Source: Octopus vulgaris
Lineage: Eukaryota
DNA length: 64,000 nt
Reading direction: 5' to 3'
Assembly (NCBI GenBank): GCA_951406725.2
Contig: OX597829.1
Span: 38,378,001-38,442,000 of the forward strand
Shown here piece after piece: positions 14,145 to 27,349 of this stretch (positions within the stretch are counted from its first letter, which is position 1; every line of letters starts with the position of its first letter). The notes under the pieces were generated by a model that saw only the letters and a program-made list of their open reading frames with translations, was not told the DNA's origin and searched no databases. The position numbers and the translations under genes were made by a program.

Positions 14145-14373
14145 ATTTCTTTACTACCCACAAGGGGCTAAACACAGAGCGGACAAACAAGGACAGACAA
14201 ACGGATTAAGTCGATTACATCGACCCCAGTGCGTAACTGGTACTTAATTTATCGACCCCGAAAGGATGAAAGGTAAAGTCGACCTCGGCGGAATTTGAAC
14301 ACAGAACGTAATGCCAGACGAAATACGGCTACGCATTTCGCCCGGCGTGCTAACGTTTCTGCCAGCTCGTCGC
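14145..14373 (-). mobile_element. SINE family D, well preserved, tail ...tttagccccttgtgggtagtaaagaaatag
   Basis: Reverse complement reads TGGCAGAAACGTTAGC...GTTCAAATTCCGCCGAGGTCGACTTTACCTTTCATCCTTTCGGGGTCGATAAA. Confidence 0.88.
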
Positions 14374-14829
14374 TTTTCTTGTTCGATGTAGCGTCTCAGC
14401 TACCCTGGAGCATCGAATAGCTTTCGTGTTCGTGTGTTTCAGAACATTCTCCGTGTTCGGTATCGAAGAAATGTTCGAAGATCATTCTCGCTACTATCAC
14501 GTCGTATGTGACGTCATACTATTGCAACGACTACCATAAATACGACCACTTTACAGAATAAAGATAAATATAATCAAAAATGAAAAAAAAAAAAAAAATA
14601 AGGTAAAAACGTTTAAGAAAACCTGATGACAACTTCCCAGTTTATTTAGATTAGAAATAAACCCGGAAAACGAATCACGAATTAATAGGGAAGAAAAAAT
14701 AGAGGGAATCGGGTGGAGGGAAAGAAAGAGAGTGAGAGAAAGAGCAAGCTAGGACAGTGTGAGACTTACCTGTTTAAAATAGACGCTCATCCATTATTTC
14801 AACTTGACAGCTGACAGATTTAATTAACA

Positions 14830-14833
14830 TATG

Positions 14834-14865
<32 letters not shown>

Positions 14866-14919
14866 TGTATGTATGTATGTATGTATGTATGTATGCATGT
14901 ATGTATGTATGTATGTATG

Positions 14920-14950
<31 letters not shown>

Positions 14951-15353
14951 GTATGTATGTATGTATGTATGTATGTATGTACGTATGCATGTATGTATGT
15001 ATGGGCATATATGTATGTATGGTTGCACATATAAGTGTTTGAATGCATACATTTATGTATGTATGTATGTATGTATGTATGTATGTATGTGTGTATGCAT
15101 GTATGTGTATGTCTATGTATAAATGTGCAATATCCAATTAGAACTCGCAGGATACAAGATAAACACACACACGCACGCACACACACACACACAAACACAC
15201 ACACAAACACACACACACATACACACGCACATACAAACGCGCGCACACACACAAATATATACATAAAAACAAACTTATGTATCTACATACATGTATACCT
15301 AGTTATTTGAATGTATGTATACATGTATTTATGTGTAGATATATCTATGTATA

Positions 15354-15435
<82 letters not shown>

Positions 15436-15520
15436 CTTATATACCTATATCTATGTGTAAATATGTAGTTATACATTTATTTATGTATACATACATACAC
15501 GCATGCATGCATATATTTAT
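14830..15520. repeat. (GTAT)n/(CA)n/(TA)n microsatellite cluster
   Basis: Direct reading. Confidence 0.93.
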
Positions 15521-15626
15521 ACAGTTGTTCGTCGTTTTACACAGAAAATTGGTTCTTCGAGATACTGTACTAATGGAAATTGCGTAAATGAAGGCAGAAA
15601 TGATTTCAGTATTACGAAAAAAAAAA

Positions 15627-15800
15627 TGGCGGCGCGCTGGCAGAATCGTCAGTATTTACGTTTGAGTTCAAATTCCGCCGAAATCGACTTTGCTTCTCAT
15701 CCTCTCGAGGTCGATAACATACATTGAGTTCTGGCATCGATGTAATCGATTTAACCCCTCCACCGAAATTGCTGGCCTTGTGCCAAGATTTCAAATCAAT
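15627..15800 (+). mobile_element. SINE family D (internally deleted)
   Basis: ggcggcgcgctggcagaatcgt...gttcaaattccgccga...gctggccttgtgccaa. Confidence 0.8.
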
Positions 15801-15814
15801 ATTATAAAAAAGAA

Positions 15815-16640
15815 GGCGTCGAATTGGCAGAGTCGTTAGCACGCGGGGCAAAATGTTTGGCGGGCATTTTGTTTGTCTTCACGTTTTGAAGTAAAGATTG
15901 TTTACCAACATAAAATGGCAGTCCTGGTTTAGGACTAATGTTGCTGTAATTTAGCCCCAGGAGACATCGTCTCCAGCTGACTATACGACACGATCTGTGT
16001 CCTTATATTTTCGAACAAGGGAATCTAGCACCCCCACTCAGCTCAAAACAATATCCGTGTATCGCGATTTCTGGTGTATTTCTCTTCATCGGCACATAAT
16101 AATTCTTCGGCTAGAGGTGGCGCTGCCAAATTTCCGTTCGAGATATATAGTTTTCAAAGTGACAACTAGTAATTGATTTATAAATTAGAAAATTACTATT
16201 TTTAAATCTCGCAGCGTGAGATATTCAGCAGCAGTACTTTGTAGTAAATATTGTTTGTCAACATAACATGGCAGTCTTGGTTTAGGACTAATGTTGCTGT
16301 AATTAACCCAGAAATCGCGATACACAGATATTGTTTCGTGCTGAGAGGGGGTGCTAGATTCCCTTGCTTCGAAAATATAAGAACATAGATCGTGTCGTAT
16401 AGGCTAAATTACAACAACATTAGCCCTAAACCAGGACTGCTGTTATGTCGTTGAATATCTCACGCTGTGAGATTTTAAAATAGTAATTTTGTAATTCACG
16501 TTTTGAGTTCAAATACCGCCGAGGTTGATTTTACCTTTCATCCTTCATCGCGGGGTGGATAGAACACTGGGTCGATAGAGTCGACTTACCCACTTCCCTC
16601 AAATCGCTGGCCTTGTGCCAAAATTTAAAACCAATAATAT
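15815..16640 (+). mobile_element. SINE family D split by a 605-bp insertion
   Basis: Head at 15815-15889; body resumes at 16495. Confidence 0.85.
15890..16494 (-). mobile_element. Non-autonomous Penelope-like element (353-nt unit + partial tandem + inverted copy), 12-bp TSD
   Basis: TSD TTCACGTTTTGA at 15878-15889 and 16495-16506; direct repeat at 15890/16243; inversion at about 16303; paralogue at 59817-60425. Confidence 0.8.
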
Positions 16641-17729
16641 TATAAAAGGAACAGGAAAAAAAAAAAGCAACATAAAAATAAGCACAAACTAAATTTAAGC
16701 AATCATTGAAATGGGAAAACAAATACGTTTATCGTATGCGTAGAAAGATGACTATGAGCGGCTTCGTCTTTGCTCGTATCTGTGTGTTTACACCGGTCTA
16801 AGATTCATTTACTTTGTTTCACAGTCACGTAACTTAGCGGCACGAAAACCGTGACCTAGTAAATAATACCCTGATACCGTTGTGATCCGATCCTCAGACG
16901 TTGTGGACACACTGTTTCTTTTCTTTTTCTCTTTTTCTTTTTTTTCTTCCGTTCTAGATGCAAAAGTTCACTGGCATATTTTTTTCTTTTCGGAACAAAT
17001 TCTTGTGAACTCTTCTGATCGCTTGATAAACATTATCCTTTTATGTTTCTTTCATTCCTTTACCGCTTTTAGTAATTGAACTGCGGTCATTCTGGGGCAA
17101 GACCTTGAAGTGTTTCAGTCGAAAGAACCGACCCAAGTATTATTCTGTTTTTCTATCGGATTTTTCTGTCGATTCGCTAATTTACTGGGACATTAACAAA
17201 CCGATATCCTAGAGTAGAAGAATATGTTATGGACATACGGAAAAGTATGAACAGTTTGTAAGCCTGCATAGTTAATAAATTTGGCCAAAGGGGCGGAATA
17301 AGGACATACCGAATAGATTGAAAGGTAGTGGCTAGTTTATAAACGGTTAATCGGCACTACCGATTAGTAATAGTAACATGACCTAGTTCTTCTGAACTCT
17401 GCCTATCCCTTATCCACTAGGGTCAAAATCAACCTCTAGCTATTTTTAGAACAGAATCCAAGACGCTCGTGCTACAAATCAATCGGAATAAACTCTACAT
17501 TTGTTAGGATGTGAAAATATCAGTCAATTTGCTTTGAGGAGCTTTTTGCTTTTTTCAGCTTCATTATGAACTTTAAATGTGTAAATATAGATAAGAACAA
17601 TCAACCGAAACACAGCGTAGGCTATGTGAATAAACTCATTAATTCAACTGGACTATGATAATAAATGGATTATTCTGTGTATGTATTCTCCGTTTTTTTT
17701 TTTTGTATATATACATATAATTTATAGAT

Positions 17730-17882
17730 CAACGTTTCCACACGATTTCCATCCACTAAATTCACTCAAGAGGCATTAGTTAGTTTGGTTTGGTACTATA
17801 GCAAGTCGCCTACAGTGAGTATGAACCTGAAACTGCGATGTGGTTACGAGGCGATTTTCTTCTTACAGCCATTCCCGCGCCT
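17730..17882 (-). mobile_element. Decayed SINE family A head
   Basis: tttccatccactaaattcactca...cttacagccattcccgcgcc. Confidence 0.55.
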
Positions 17883-18304
17883 GTAATGGAGAAAGCGTTG
17901 ATTTACAAATTTTTTCATGCTATCATTTACTACCGGAAATTGTATTTGATTAGATGTTTGATTTGTAATGTTAATTTGACTGCAAATTCTTACTACACTT
18001 TGTCGTCTTGCAGAGCTGCCTACAAGCAGTCGTTTTTAAGTTTTATCTTCTATCTAAAATAGTTTGTGTGTTTTGAAGATGTTGCGATATAACTGGCTTT
18101 TTCTCTTTTTTTTTTTTATTCGTCTTCAGTTCTTTTAGATGTTCTAATAGTTTGTTTTTTATGAAACTATTTTCAAGTTTCTGCGAACCATTTTTTAAAA
18201 TTTTGATGCAGATTTAGTATTTTAATTTTCATTTCTACGGGAATCTAGTTTCTTGTCCGATTTTTGGTTTGATATTTGAATTTCTGTCACTTAATATTTT
18301 CAAG

Positions 18305-18903
18305 ATTAGCCTGCCTATCGTAGACGTGAAATGAAAGTGGAAGTAGAGTGAAAGGAAAATGATAGAAGCAAAGTTAAAGGAACCTGAAAAACCGAAACGA
18401 AAACGAAGATAAGCCCGACACCGACGGTGTCGGGCTTATCTGGTGACGTCGATGTTCGCCTGGGGCTAAATGCAACAGTAACACCCCCACCACCCTGCCC
18501 TGTCCCTAGCCATATTCAGATGGCTTTAGTCCCTTATGTTATCGAGCAGTTACTGTCTATATCTCTTTTAGAGAATTATTATTGCTTTCGAACAGATTTT
18601 CGAAATCAGCAAATGTGTTTTGCTTGAAAATCTATATATGAATATCCTGCAGAGTGAGTGTTCGTCGAGGAAGCGGAAGCCTACCACACGCCGACGATAG
18701 GCAATACACCTTGAAACCATGGTCCGTGTGTGGTTTCCGCTTCATCGGGGAATTACCTCCCTTTGCAGGTTAAAGGACACCGTGACGGTGTCGGGCTTAT
18801 CTGGTGACGTCGATGTTCGCCTGGGGCTAAATGCAACAGTAACACCCCCACCACCCTGCCCTGTCCCTAGCCATATTCAGATGGCTTTAGGCCCTTATGT
18901 TAT
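18305..18903 (+). mobile_element. Retrozyme/Penelope-pLTR-like element: 120-bp direct repeats 361 nt apart, internal hammerhead, palindromic 5' junction
   Basis: Repeats at 18423-18542 and 18784-18903 (1 mismatch); palindrome at 18407-18441; ends in (TA)n. Confidence 0.8.
18685..18730 (+). ncRNA. Type-I hammerhead ribozyme (U4C core variant)
   Basis: CACACG-CCGACGA-TAGG(caataca)CCTT-GAAAC-CATG-GTC-CGTGTG; stem I extended by GAAGCGGAA/TTCCGCTTC. Confidence 0.75.
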
Positions 18904-19262
18904 ATATATATATATATATATAACAAATGAAAGGCAGAAGATGGAATATACGAGAATATATTATTAATCACAACAATTATTTCGACACATCTAGCATCGA
19001 CTCCTCTTGTGGGACACACAAAAATAAACTGGTTCAGGAGTATACGGCGATGCAGACGTATCTCGTTGGGTGATAAATAAAAAAAGAATCTCGTTAAAAT
19101 GACTGTTCCATAGTGCAACTTTCCGTTTTGTAGAGAGAAAAACGGCCAGACGGAGGAAAATTCTTCATATATATAGAAGATTCAAAAATAAAATTTCAGA
19201 AGACAAAAAGAGAACCGAACAATTAATCCACCGAGACAAGTATTGTAAAAAGAAAAATGTAA

Positions 19263-19640
19263 GTGGAGCCGCAATAGTTAGGGCAGTGGACTCGTGGTCA
19301 TGGGATCGCGATTTCGTTTCCCAGACCGGGCATTGTGAGTGTTTATTGTACAAAAACACCTAAAGCTCCACGACGCTGCGGCAGGAGTGGTGGCGAACTC
19401 TGCTGTACTCTTTCACCACAAATTTCTCTCACTCTTTTTTTCTTGCTTCTGTTGTACCTGTATTTCAAAGGGCCAGCCTTGTCACACACTGTGTGACGCT
19501 GAATCTCCACAATAACTACGTTAAGGGTACACGTGTCTGTGGAGTGCTCAGCCACTTGTACGTTAATTTCACGAGCAAGCTGTTCCGTTGATCGGATCAA
19601 CTGGAATGCTCGTCGACGTAACCGACGGAGTGCCACGACG
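19263..19640 (+). mobile_element. SINE family B (tail type 2)
   Basis: Same head and core as 8264; different 3' half ending cgtaaccgacggagtgcca. Confidence 0.88.
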
Positions 19641-19642
19641 AT

Positions 19643-20141
<499 letters not shown>

Positions 20142-21843
20142 ATATATATATATATAGCAGTTGAATAAAGTAACAACATGGTCTGGTTTTTACGTTTTAT
20201 ATTACTGTATTTTTTAAAAAACTTTTACTATGTTAAAGTGTGTTAAGCATTAAGAAAACTATTTAATAATGTTCATAAAGTTCTGTTAGCGCTTTCATAC
20301 CTTCCTAGTAATCATCAAATTTAAAAATGTATTGACTGAAAGTTGAGTTAAGTTCTTGACGACAATGGTAAAATGACTGACTTCTTCCTTTTTATGCCTT
20401 TTAGAAAGGTTGGAATACGGATAAAAGAAAAAAGTTTCATTAAAATGTTCAAACGTGTTCTGACTGGAAATAACAATAATATCACAACCTGTTAATGATG
20501 TGGATTAAAAATGACAGAACTTCCACTGATTGAAATAAAAACGATCAAAACCAACTAAATTTTCTCACTCATAAAACCACTGCATGTAAACCGCAAGCTA
20601 ATTGGTTAAAATAAAAGCGGGATCTATGCCAGTAATATCTGTGCGCCCGACAAACTGTGATGTTTAAGCTGCATGCTGACTGGTCAAAACCGTATTAGAA
20701 AAATTCAGCTTGTCGGAGCCTTCGGTGTTATGTATAACTTAATATAAAAATAAAAATACATCTGACCACAGTTGTTGTGAAGGCGTACAATAAAGCCATC
20801 GTGGGCGACGGAACTGTAACTGTTGGAACATCATCATTCTAGCAGAGGGGGGCAATTTGTTGTAAAACCTGCGGTTTCGTATGATTACTGGTCATCTCAC
20901 TTCAGCCTATGACGAGGTACTTATTACAGAAACTAAGAGAGTGGTACTCGTATTGCACAAGTATTTTTCACTATAATCCAATGATGCATAGGGTGGCCTC
21001 ATTTGTCATTCCATCTACTGAAAGTTCTTTGGCGATAGAAAAGCCCTTTGGCGACGTGTGCAAACCTAATCAATTGGAAGCGACAGCAACTTGCAACTTG
21101 CAACTTTCGCCTGTCACCTATGCTTCAAACCATACAGATCTACAACCGGACTGAATGGTAGTCACCTGAGAGGTCATGGGTAGAAAGTCTGAAATGCCAT
21201 TGGAAATGAGGAAGCACAAGGAGACAGCTATCATCTGTGAATATGGAGCAATCATCATAAATGCATATATTGCCTTGAATTACTTGTTTCGTAATATATT
21301 TTCAACATGTTTATTCATCTATTGCAAGTTGGTATATTTTATGGAACATTATACATTAGTAATAGCATTATTTCATATATATTATGCTCTCTCTCCATTG
21401 CATAAGCTGATGTTTTCATCGAGATACTTTTGATTTGCGTCTTGAGAATATGCCTTTACAAATCTATGCATTTATCTATGCGTCTGTGCAGTATGTGCAA
21501 TGTGTGTGTGTGTGTGTCTGTGTTCTAGTATGTATTATATTATTGATGAAAGTTATGCTTGAGTTAAACATTTTTTTTTTATTAATGATTTTTTCGTATT
21601 GCCTTGCCACTCCTTTATGTTTGGTTTTTGCAACGATAACCGTAACTTAGTCCGTTAAATGTTTCAAGACCTTCAGACATTATCTTCTCAATATAATGGT
21701 TATAATGCTGCGTTTTATGTGAAGCATCATGGGAGGCGGGGCATTTTATGAGATAAAACCAACATCAAGAAATTTAGAAAAATTAAGCATTAATACATTA
21801 GTGATTTTAACACAGCTTATTTGATTGATAGACTGTTCCATAT

Positions 21844-21884
<41 letters not shown>

Positions 21885-22152
21885 TGCGTGCGTGCGTGTG
21901 TGTGTGTGTAATATATGTATTCTTATATTTTTACTTGTTTCAGTCATTGACTGCGGCCATGCTGGAGCACCGCCTTTAGTCCTTCAATTGAAGGACAAAT
22001 CTTTCAATTTATAATTTAACAAACATAGTGTAGCATTTAGTATATATATATATATATATATATAAATATAGTGGTATAAATATCAACACAATTATTTCTT
22101 CCTTTTCTTCTTTCTTCCATCTTGACCATCTTCACCATCACTAACTAAATGT

Positions 22153-23786
22153 ACCATCTTCACCATCACTAACAGCAAATTCCATAACAACTATGGAATT
22201 TACACCTGCAATGCTGCGACGTCACCTTCAAAATAAGCGCAACTATTCCTTCCCTGGTCTCGATGGAGTTAGATACCTGCTTCTCAAACGTGGCAGGTAC
22301 TTCCTTTTACACCAGCTTTCTATTTTCTTCCAGTACTGTCTCAACAATGGTGCTACTCCGGAGCAGTGGAAAACTGCCAGTGTCATTCCTCTGTTCAAAA
22401 AGGGCGACCGCACATCACCTGTCAACTATCGCCCAGTCAGTCTCATTAGCTGTATTGCAAAACAGATGGAATCGTGTGTCAGAGAAACACTCTGGAACTT
22501 CTGGAGCTCTCACAGTATCATCCGACCCTCACAATATGGATTTGTCCCTAACTCCAGCTGCAGTGATCAGCTTGTTCCTTGAGGACATTACTCAGATCAC
22601 TGACAGTGGCTCATGGGTGGATGTTGTCTACCTTGACTTTGCTAAGGCTTTCAACTCTGTGCCACACAAAAGGCTTATGGTGAAACTCTCTGCAATGGGT
22701 GTGAGGGATGACCTTTTTAACTGGTTGAAATCCTTCATCCTCAGCCGAAAGGAGGTAGTCACAGTTCTAGGACAGCACTCTACACCATATGAGATGTCAT
22801 CGGGTGTACCACAGGGATCTGTCCTTGGTCCCCTCTTGTTTGTGGCATACATTAATGACATAGATGCCAATTTAAAGAATGCCACAGTATTGAAATATGC
22901 AGACGACATTAAGCTGTACCTTGAAATCAAGAGGACAGATCCTGATGTCTACAACTCTTTCCTGCAATCAGACCTAGACACAATGCAACAATGGATCACA
23001 GACTGGCAACTGAAACTGGCTGTGGACAAGTGTACCACCATGCATTTTGGGAGAAAAAAACCCTGCGTCCACATACTCCCTCCACAACACTGATATCAAG
23101 AAATCCTCTTGCGAGCGTGATCTAGGCATCACTGTCAGCAGTGATTTGCGTTGAACAAAGCATATCTCTAAAATTGTTAAGAAGGCCGAGGGTGTCTTGG
23201 CATCACTCAGCAAGACTTTTGTTAGCCGCTCTCCAGCCATCTATTTAAAACTGTATACAGCTATGGTACGACCACACTTGGAATTCGCATCATCAGTTTG
23301 GAACCCCTATCTTGCTCAGAACATTGACCTCCTGGAATCTGTCCAGAGACGTGCAACCAAACGCATACCCTCCATCAGACACCTACCATATTCTGAGCGC
23401 CTTGTTTCCCTGGGCATGGATTCACTGAAGCTCCGGCGTCTGGCGACGGACTTGGTAAACACCCACAAAGTTATCAACCACCTCACCAACAACAACACTG
23501 AACACCTTTTTGATCTCCATGTGTCTAACACACGTGGACATGCCTACAAAGTCAGAAAACAACACAGCTCCCATGACTTTCGGAAACATTTCTTTACGCT
23601 CAGAGTTGCTGAAGCATGGAATAAACTGCCTGCGTCAGTTGTTGACTGCCATGACACTGCATCCTTTAAGGCCCTCATGCTTTCCGAAATCCGCCGAAAC
23701 TACACCTGATTATATATACACTTTAGATGAGTTGTAGTGCACCTGAGCACTGTACACAATTATTATTATTATTATTATTATTATTA
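22153..23786 (+). mobile_element. 5'-truncated CR1-group LINE (RT + C-terminus), (TTA)n tail
   Basis: PGLDG, WKTASVIPLFKKG, NYRPVSL, YLDFAKAFNSV, GVPQGSVLGP, YADD, VRPHLEF; two frameshifts and a stop. Confidence 0.95.
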
Positions 23787-24220
23787 CTCCCTTCTCCAAC
23801 GACACCCCTTCCAGACTCACAGGCACCCACACACACGCACACACACTCTCTCTCACAAGACAATGATAAAAAGGAAATATAATTTATGGTCTACCTTCCC
23901 TCCCTTTCCTTCCTTTTCTTCTTCTTTTCAAACACTTCCTCCAGATACAAACACACACACACACACACACACACATGCTCTCTCTCACTTTCTCCCCATT
24001 CACCACACTCTTGTACTGTCTTATGTCCTTCCCCGCCACTACACACTCAATAACACTATAAAATGGTCAAAACTTAAATTCTTTTCCCCAAGATCTTAGA
24101 CTCCCCTTGGAGTAAACATCCTGACCAACTAACCAGCTTCTTCCCTCTCTCCTTTTCTCCCTTCCCCTCTTTTTCGTTAACACACCTTCCAAATACAAAA
24201 GCACGCACACACGCGCGCAT

Positions 24221-24271
<51 letters not shown>

Positions 24272-24739
24272 TTCCTCTTTTCAAGCATGGCCGCAGTCTA
24301 ATGACTGAAACAGGTAAAAGATTCAAAAATAAATATATATGTAAGCGGCATGCCTATTTAACATCAAACCGCAAACAGTTGTAAATATGGTGAATAGATG
24401 GAATAATTTCAGGCCGAAATCAGCGAAACCGGATCCAGTTTAGCTAAATATGCATTTTTTTCTTTTTTACTATACTACAAAAAACTCCTTTTAGCCACAA
24501 AACTCAGAAATGTGCATACTAAAACTCTTTTCTATACAAAAGGTTGTAACATGTAACTCTTTATTTTTTCTCCTCACTTTTGCTATATATGTTTAAATAA
24601 ATTATATATGTCAAACTCACCGTAAGAAAGCGTATCTTTACATTCTTGTATTTCATACATATAAACACAGAATAAATTTTTCTCCACTTATGTTAAAACT
24701 TGTTTCAATTACACAATATGTGTGTGTGTGTATCAAGAG

Positions 24740-24781
<42 letters not shown>

Positions 24782-25086
24782 TTATACACGTATATACAGA
24801 AGCATAATCATACATACATACATACACACACATGCATACAAACATACATACACATACATATATATATATCCATATATATACATACACACACACACGCATA
24901 TATATATATATATATATATAAATCTATAGTTAAATATATTCAATGAGAATATTATATACTGAATTTTTAGTTAAATATATTCAATGAGAATATTATATAC
25001 TGAATTTATATTGAGTGCTCTATTGTATCAAAGTATTGATACTATTACAGTATATATTTAATACAAGTGATTATATATATATATAT

Positions 25087-25624
25087 TAATAATGTATTAT
25101 TATTATTAGGAAATCAATATCAAAACTCCTCAGAAAGATAAACACGTGTGAAAAATAATTGTTGTATTAAAAATATATAAATAAATAAATATAAATATGT
25201 ATAAAACTATATGTAAATATGCAGTAATTTTTTAATTTTTAATTTATCTTTCAAACAAGCACTATTTTATAGTTTTATTTTAAATTTAAAAAAAAAACTA
25301 CCATTCGATATGTTATACAGAATTCAAATTTTATATCTCTGAAGAGCAGAAGCGTTGTTCATAAATGCTTATCAATATAGGATTCCATTATAGGGACAAC
25401 TCTTCTGTGAAACGATCGTAAGATGCTTTAAATAATTTATTTAAAACTTTTAAACTGTCATACACACTATATATTTATGCTTATACATATTTACATATAT
25501 TTTTATACATATTTATATTTATTTATTTATATATTTTTAATACAACAATTATTTTTCACACGTGTATATCTTTCTGATGAGTTTTGATATTGATTTCCTA
25601 ATATTAATAATAATATATTATTAA
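25087..25624 (+). mobile_element. AT-rich Penelope-like terminal element with about 135-bp inverted arms and a central hammerhead
   Basis: Arms at 25087-25221 and 25486-25624; (TA)n on both sides. Confidence 0.75.
25335..25424 (+). ncRNA. Type-I hammerhead ribozyme with long stem II
   Basis: ATCT-CTGAAGA-GCAGAAG.GTTGTTC...GGACAAC.CTTCTGT-GAAAC-GATC-GTA-AGAT. Confidence 0.78.
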
Positions 25625-25628
25625 ATAC

Positions 25629-25688
<60 letters not shown>

Positions 25689-25740
25689 CATATGTCATAT
25701 ATCATATATCATATGTTATATATCATATATCATATATCAT

Positions 25741-26038
25741 GGGCTCTCCTATCGTTAGGGAATATGGGGATTCTGCAATTTCTTGCTGAACAACCACTCA
25801 AATGATTTGTTTATAGGGATCAAATGTTTGTGTCCACATAAGCTCGCACTTTCCATCAAATCGACATTATCTGTACAGGTGTAACGGGTGTCACATGTCA
25901 GATGACGAAATGATCGCAGAGCAACGTGAAATTAACTGTTTTGCTCAAGAACACAGCTCAAGCCCCGGTCTGGGAATCGAAATCCCAATTTCGCATCTGT
26001 GAGGGCAACAGCCCAACCACTAAGTCATGCGCCCTCAC
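25741..26038 (-). mobile_element. SINE family C-related (different tail)
   Basis: Reverse complement has a tRNA head ...TTCGATTCCCAGACCGG then tgtgttcttgagcaa...atttcacgttgctc, as at 19870-19910. Confidence 0.75.
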
Positions 26039-27132
26039 ACACACACACGCACACATACACATGAAATCCTGAATTAGAAGTATCTCCAATTATGTAAACA
26101 TTACCGATATCACATACTTAATGTTTGTGTTTTATTCACACGCTTATTAGCTGCGTAATTCTATTCAGGGAAAATCCCTTTAGGACATCGAATATTGAGA
26201 ATACATCACACCAGAAGCATCAAATCGTCCCATAGGGGAACAAAAAGGGTAGATATCGATATTTCGCTGTTATTTCAGCTCATCAGTACCATATACTCGA
26301 GTCAACCTCGAAATGAGTTAGAATCACTGGTAAGAGGTATATATGCAGCCAGCGTAAAATCTATCCAGAAGTAAAACAAAATTAAAATTTCAATTAGAAG
26401 TAGTTCTAATAATGTAAATATTACCGATGTAATGTGTGTGTGTGGGTGTGTGTATTCTTTTATACGTTTAAGTCCTAAGCTGGAGCAATATTAAAGAAGT
26501 TCAAAACATTCTTCACTAATTCTAGCCAGAAAAATCGATTACACTTGAAAACTGCTTTTAGTAGTCGTATTGAAAATTGGCTGGTATTATGTTGGTTTTT
26601 CATTCATCTAGTGGCAATAAAATAAATATATATTAAATTCTGAGGTAGACTGTGCGCCTACCTGATAAACTTAACTTTGTCCGTAAGTAAGAAATCAATG
26701 TTACAAATTGGTAAAATACAATCGACTCCTGTTTATCGTGCATTTTTGTTTAAGATGTAAATAAATAACGGAAGCTTAAAGTTTTCTACGGATTTTGTAG
26801 GAGGAATCAGAAACACATTTAATACTCATTTCGATCTTTTGCTGTCTAATCTTTCATCGTTAATGCCAAGCTGTCCCGGCCCAAGTCGGCAGTCTTTTGT
26901 TTCAATAAAAACTGGAGATGTGGAGAGAAGATAGGCAACGGTCAGTCTTACTAAGACACGTAACACTATTTGGTTCACTTCTCATCTTGTGCAATTTATC
27001 TCCCTTCCATACAATTCCTTAATATCTAGCATTCTTCCATCTCTTATTTTCTTCTACCTTTTCATGTAGATTAATATTGCACATCCGATGGATCTTATTT
27101 ACATCATTTCTCCATAATCTTCACCGAAATTC

Positions 27133-27349
27133 TACGAGGATTGCTGAAAAGTTCCTAGGTTATCGTGAAAGTTCTGAATGGAGACTCAGCCTTCCGAGTT
27201 CTTTTACAGAGCTTAGAAAAGTGAAGGACCGCTACAATAAGCGTGAATATAAGAGGGGAATACGTTGAATAGAATCGTAATTAACTGATCCTCCTGTACT
27301 ATCATTTACCCAAAGCTACGAACTTTTCAGTCCCCCCCACCATCTCGTA
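27133..27349 (+). mobile_element. Mariner-derived MITE / deletion derivative
   Basis: TACGAGG..GCTGAAAAGTTC / GAACTTTTCAG..CTCGTA termini; internal mariner C-terminus remnant (KVKDRYNK..GEYVE*). Confidence 0.7.

Noticed and set aside
18960-19015. Possible minus-strand hammerhead (GAAAT-AATT-GTT-GTG)
   Set aside because: The 5' core reads AAGAGGA and stem II is poor; too degenerate to call
20560-21260. GC-richer segment with KELSVDG on the minus strand (piggyBac-like?)
   Set aside because: Single weak motif among stops; not supportable
24927-25008. 41-bp tandem duplication (similar small ones at 38790-38900 and 26072/26392)
   Set aside because: Ordinary slippage or local duplications with no further structure
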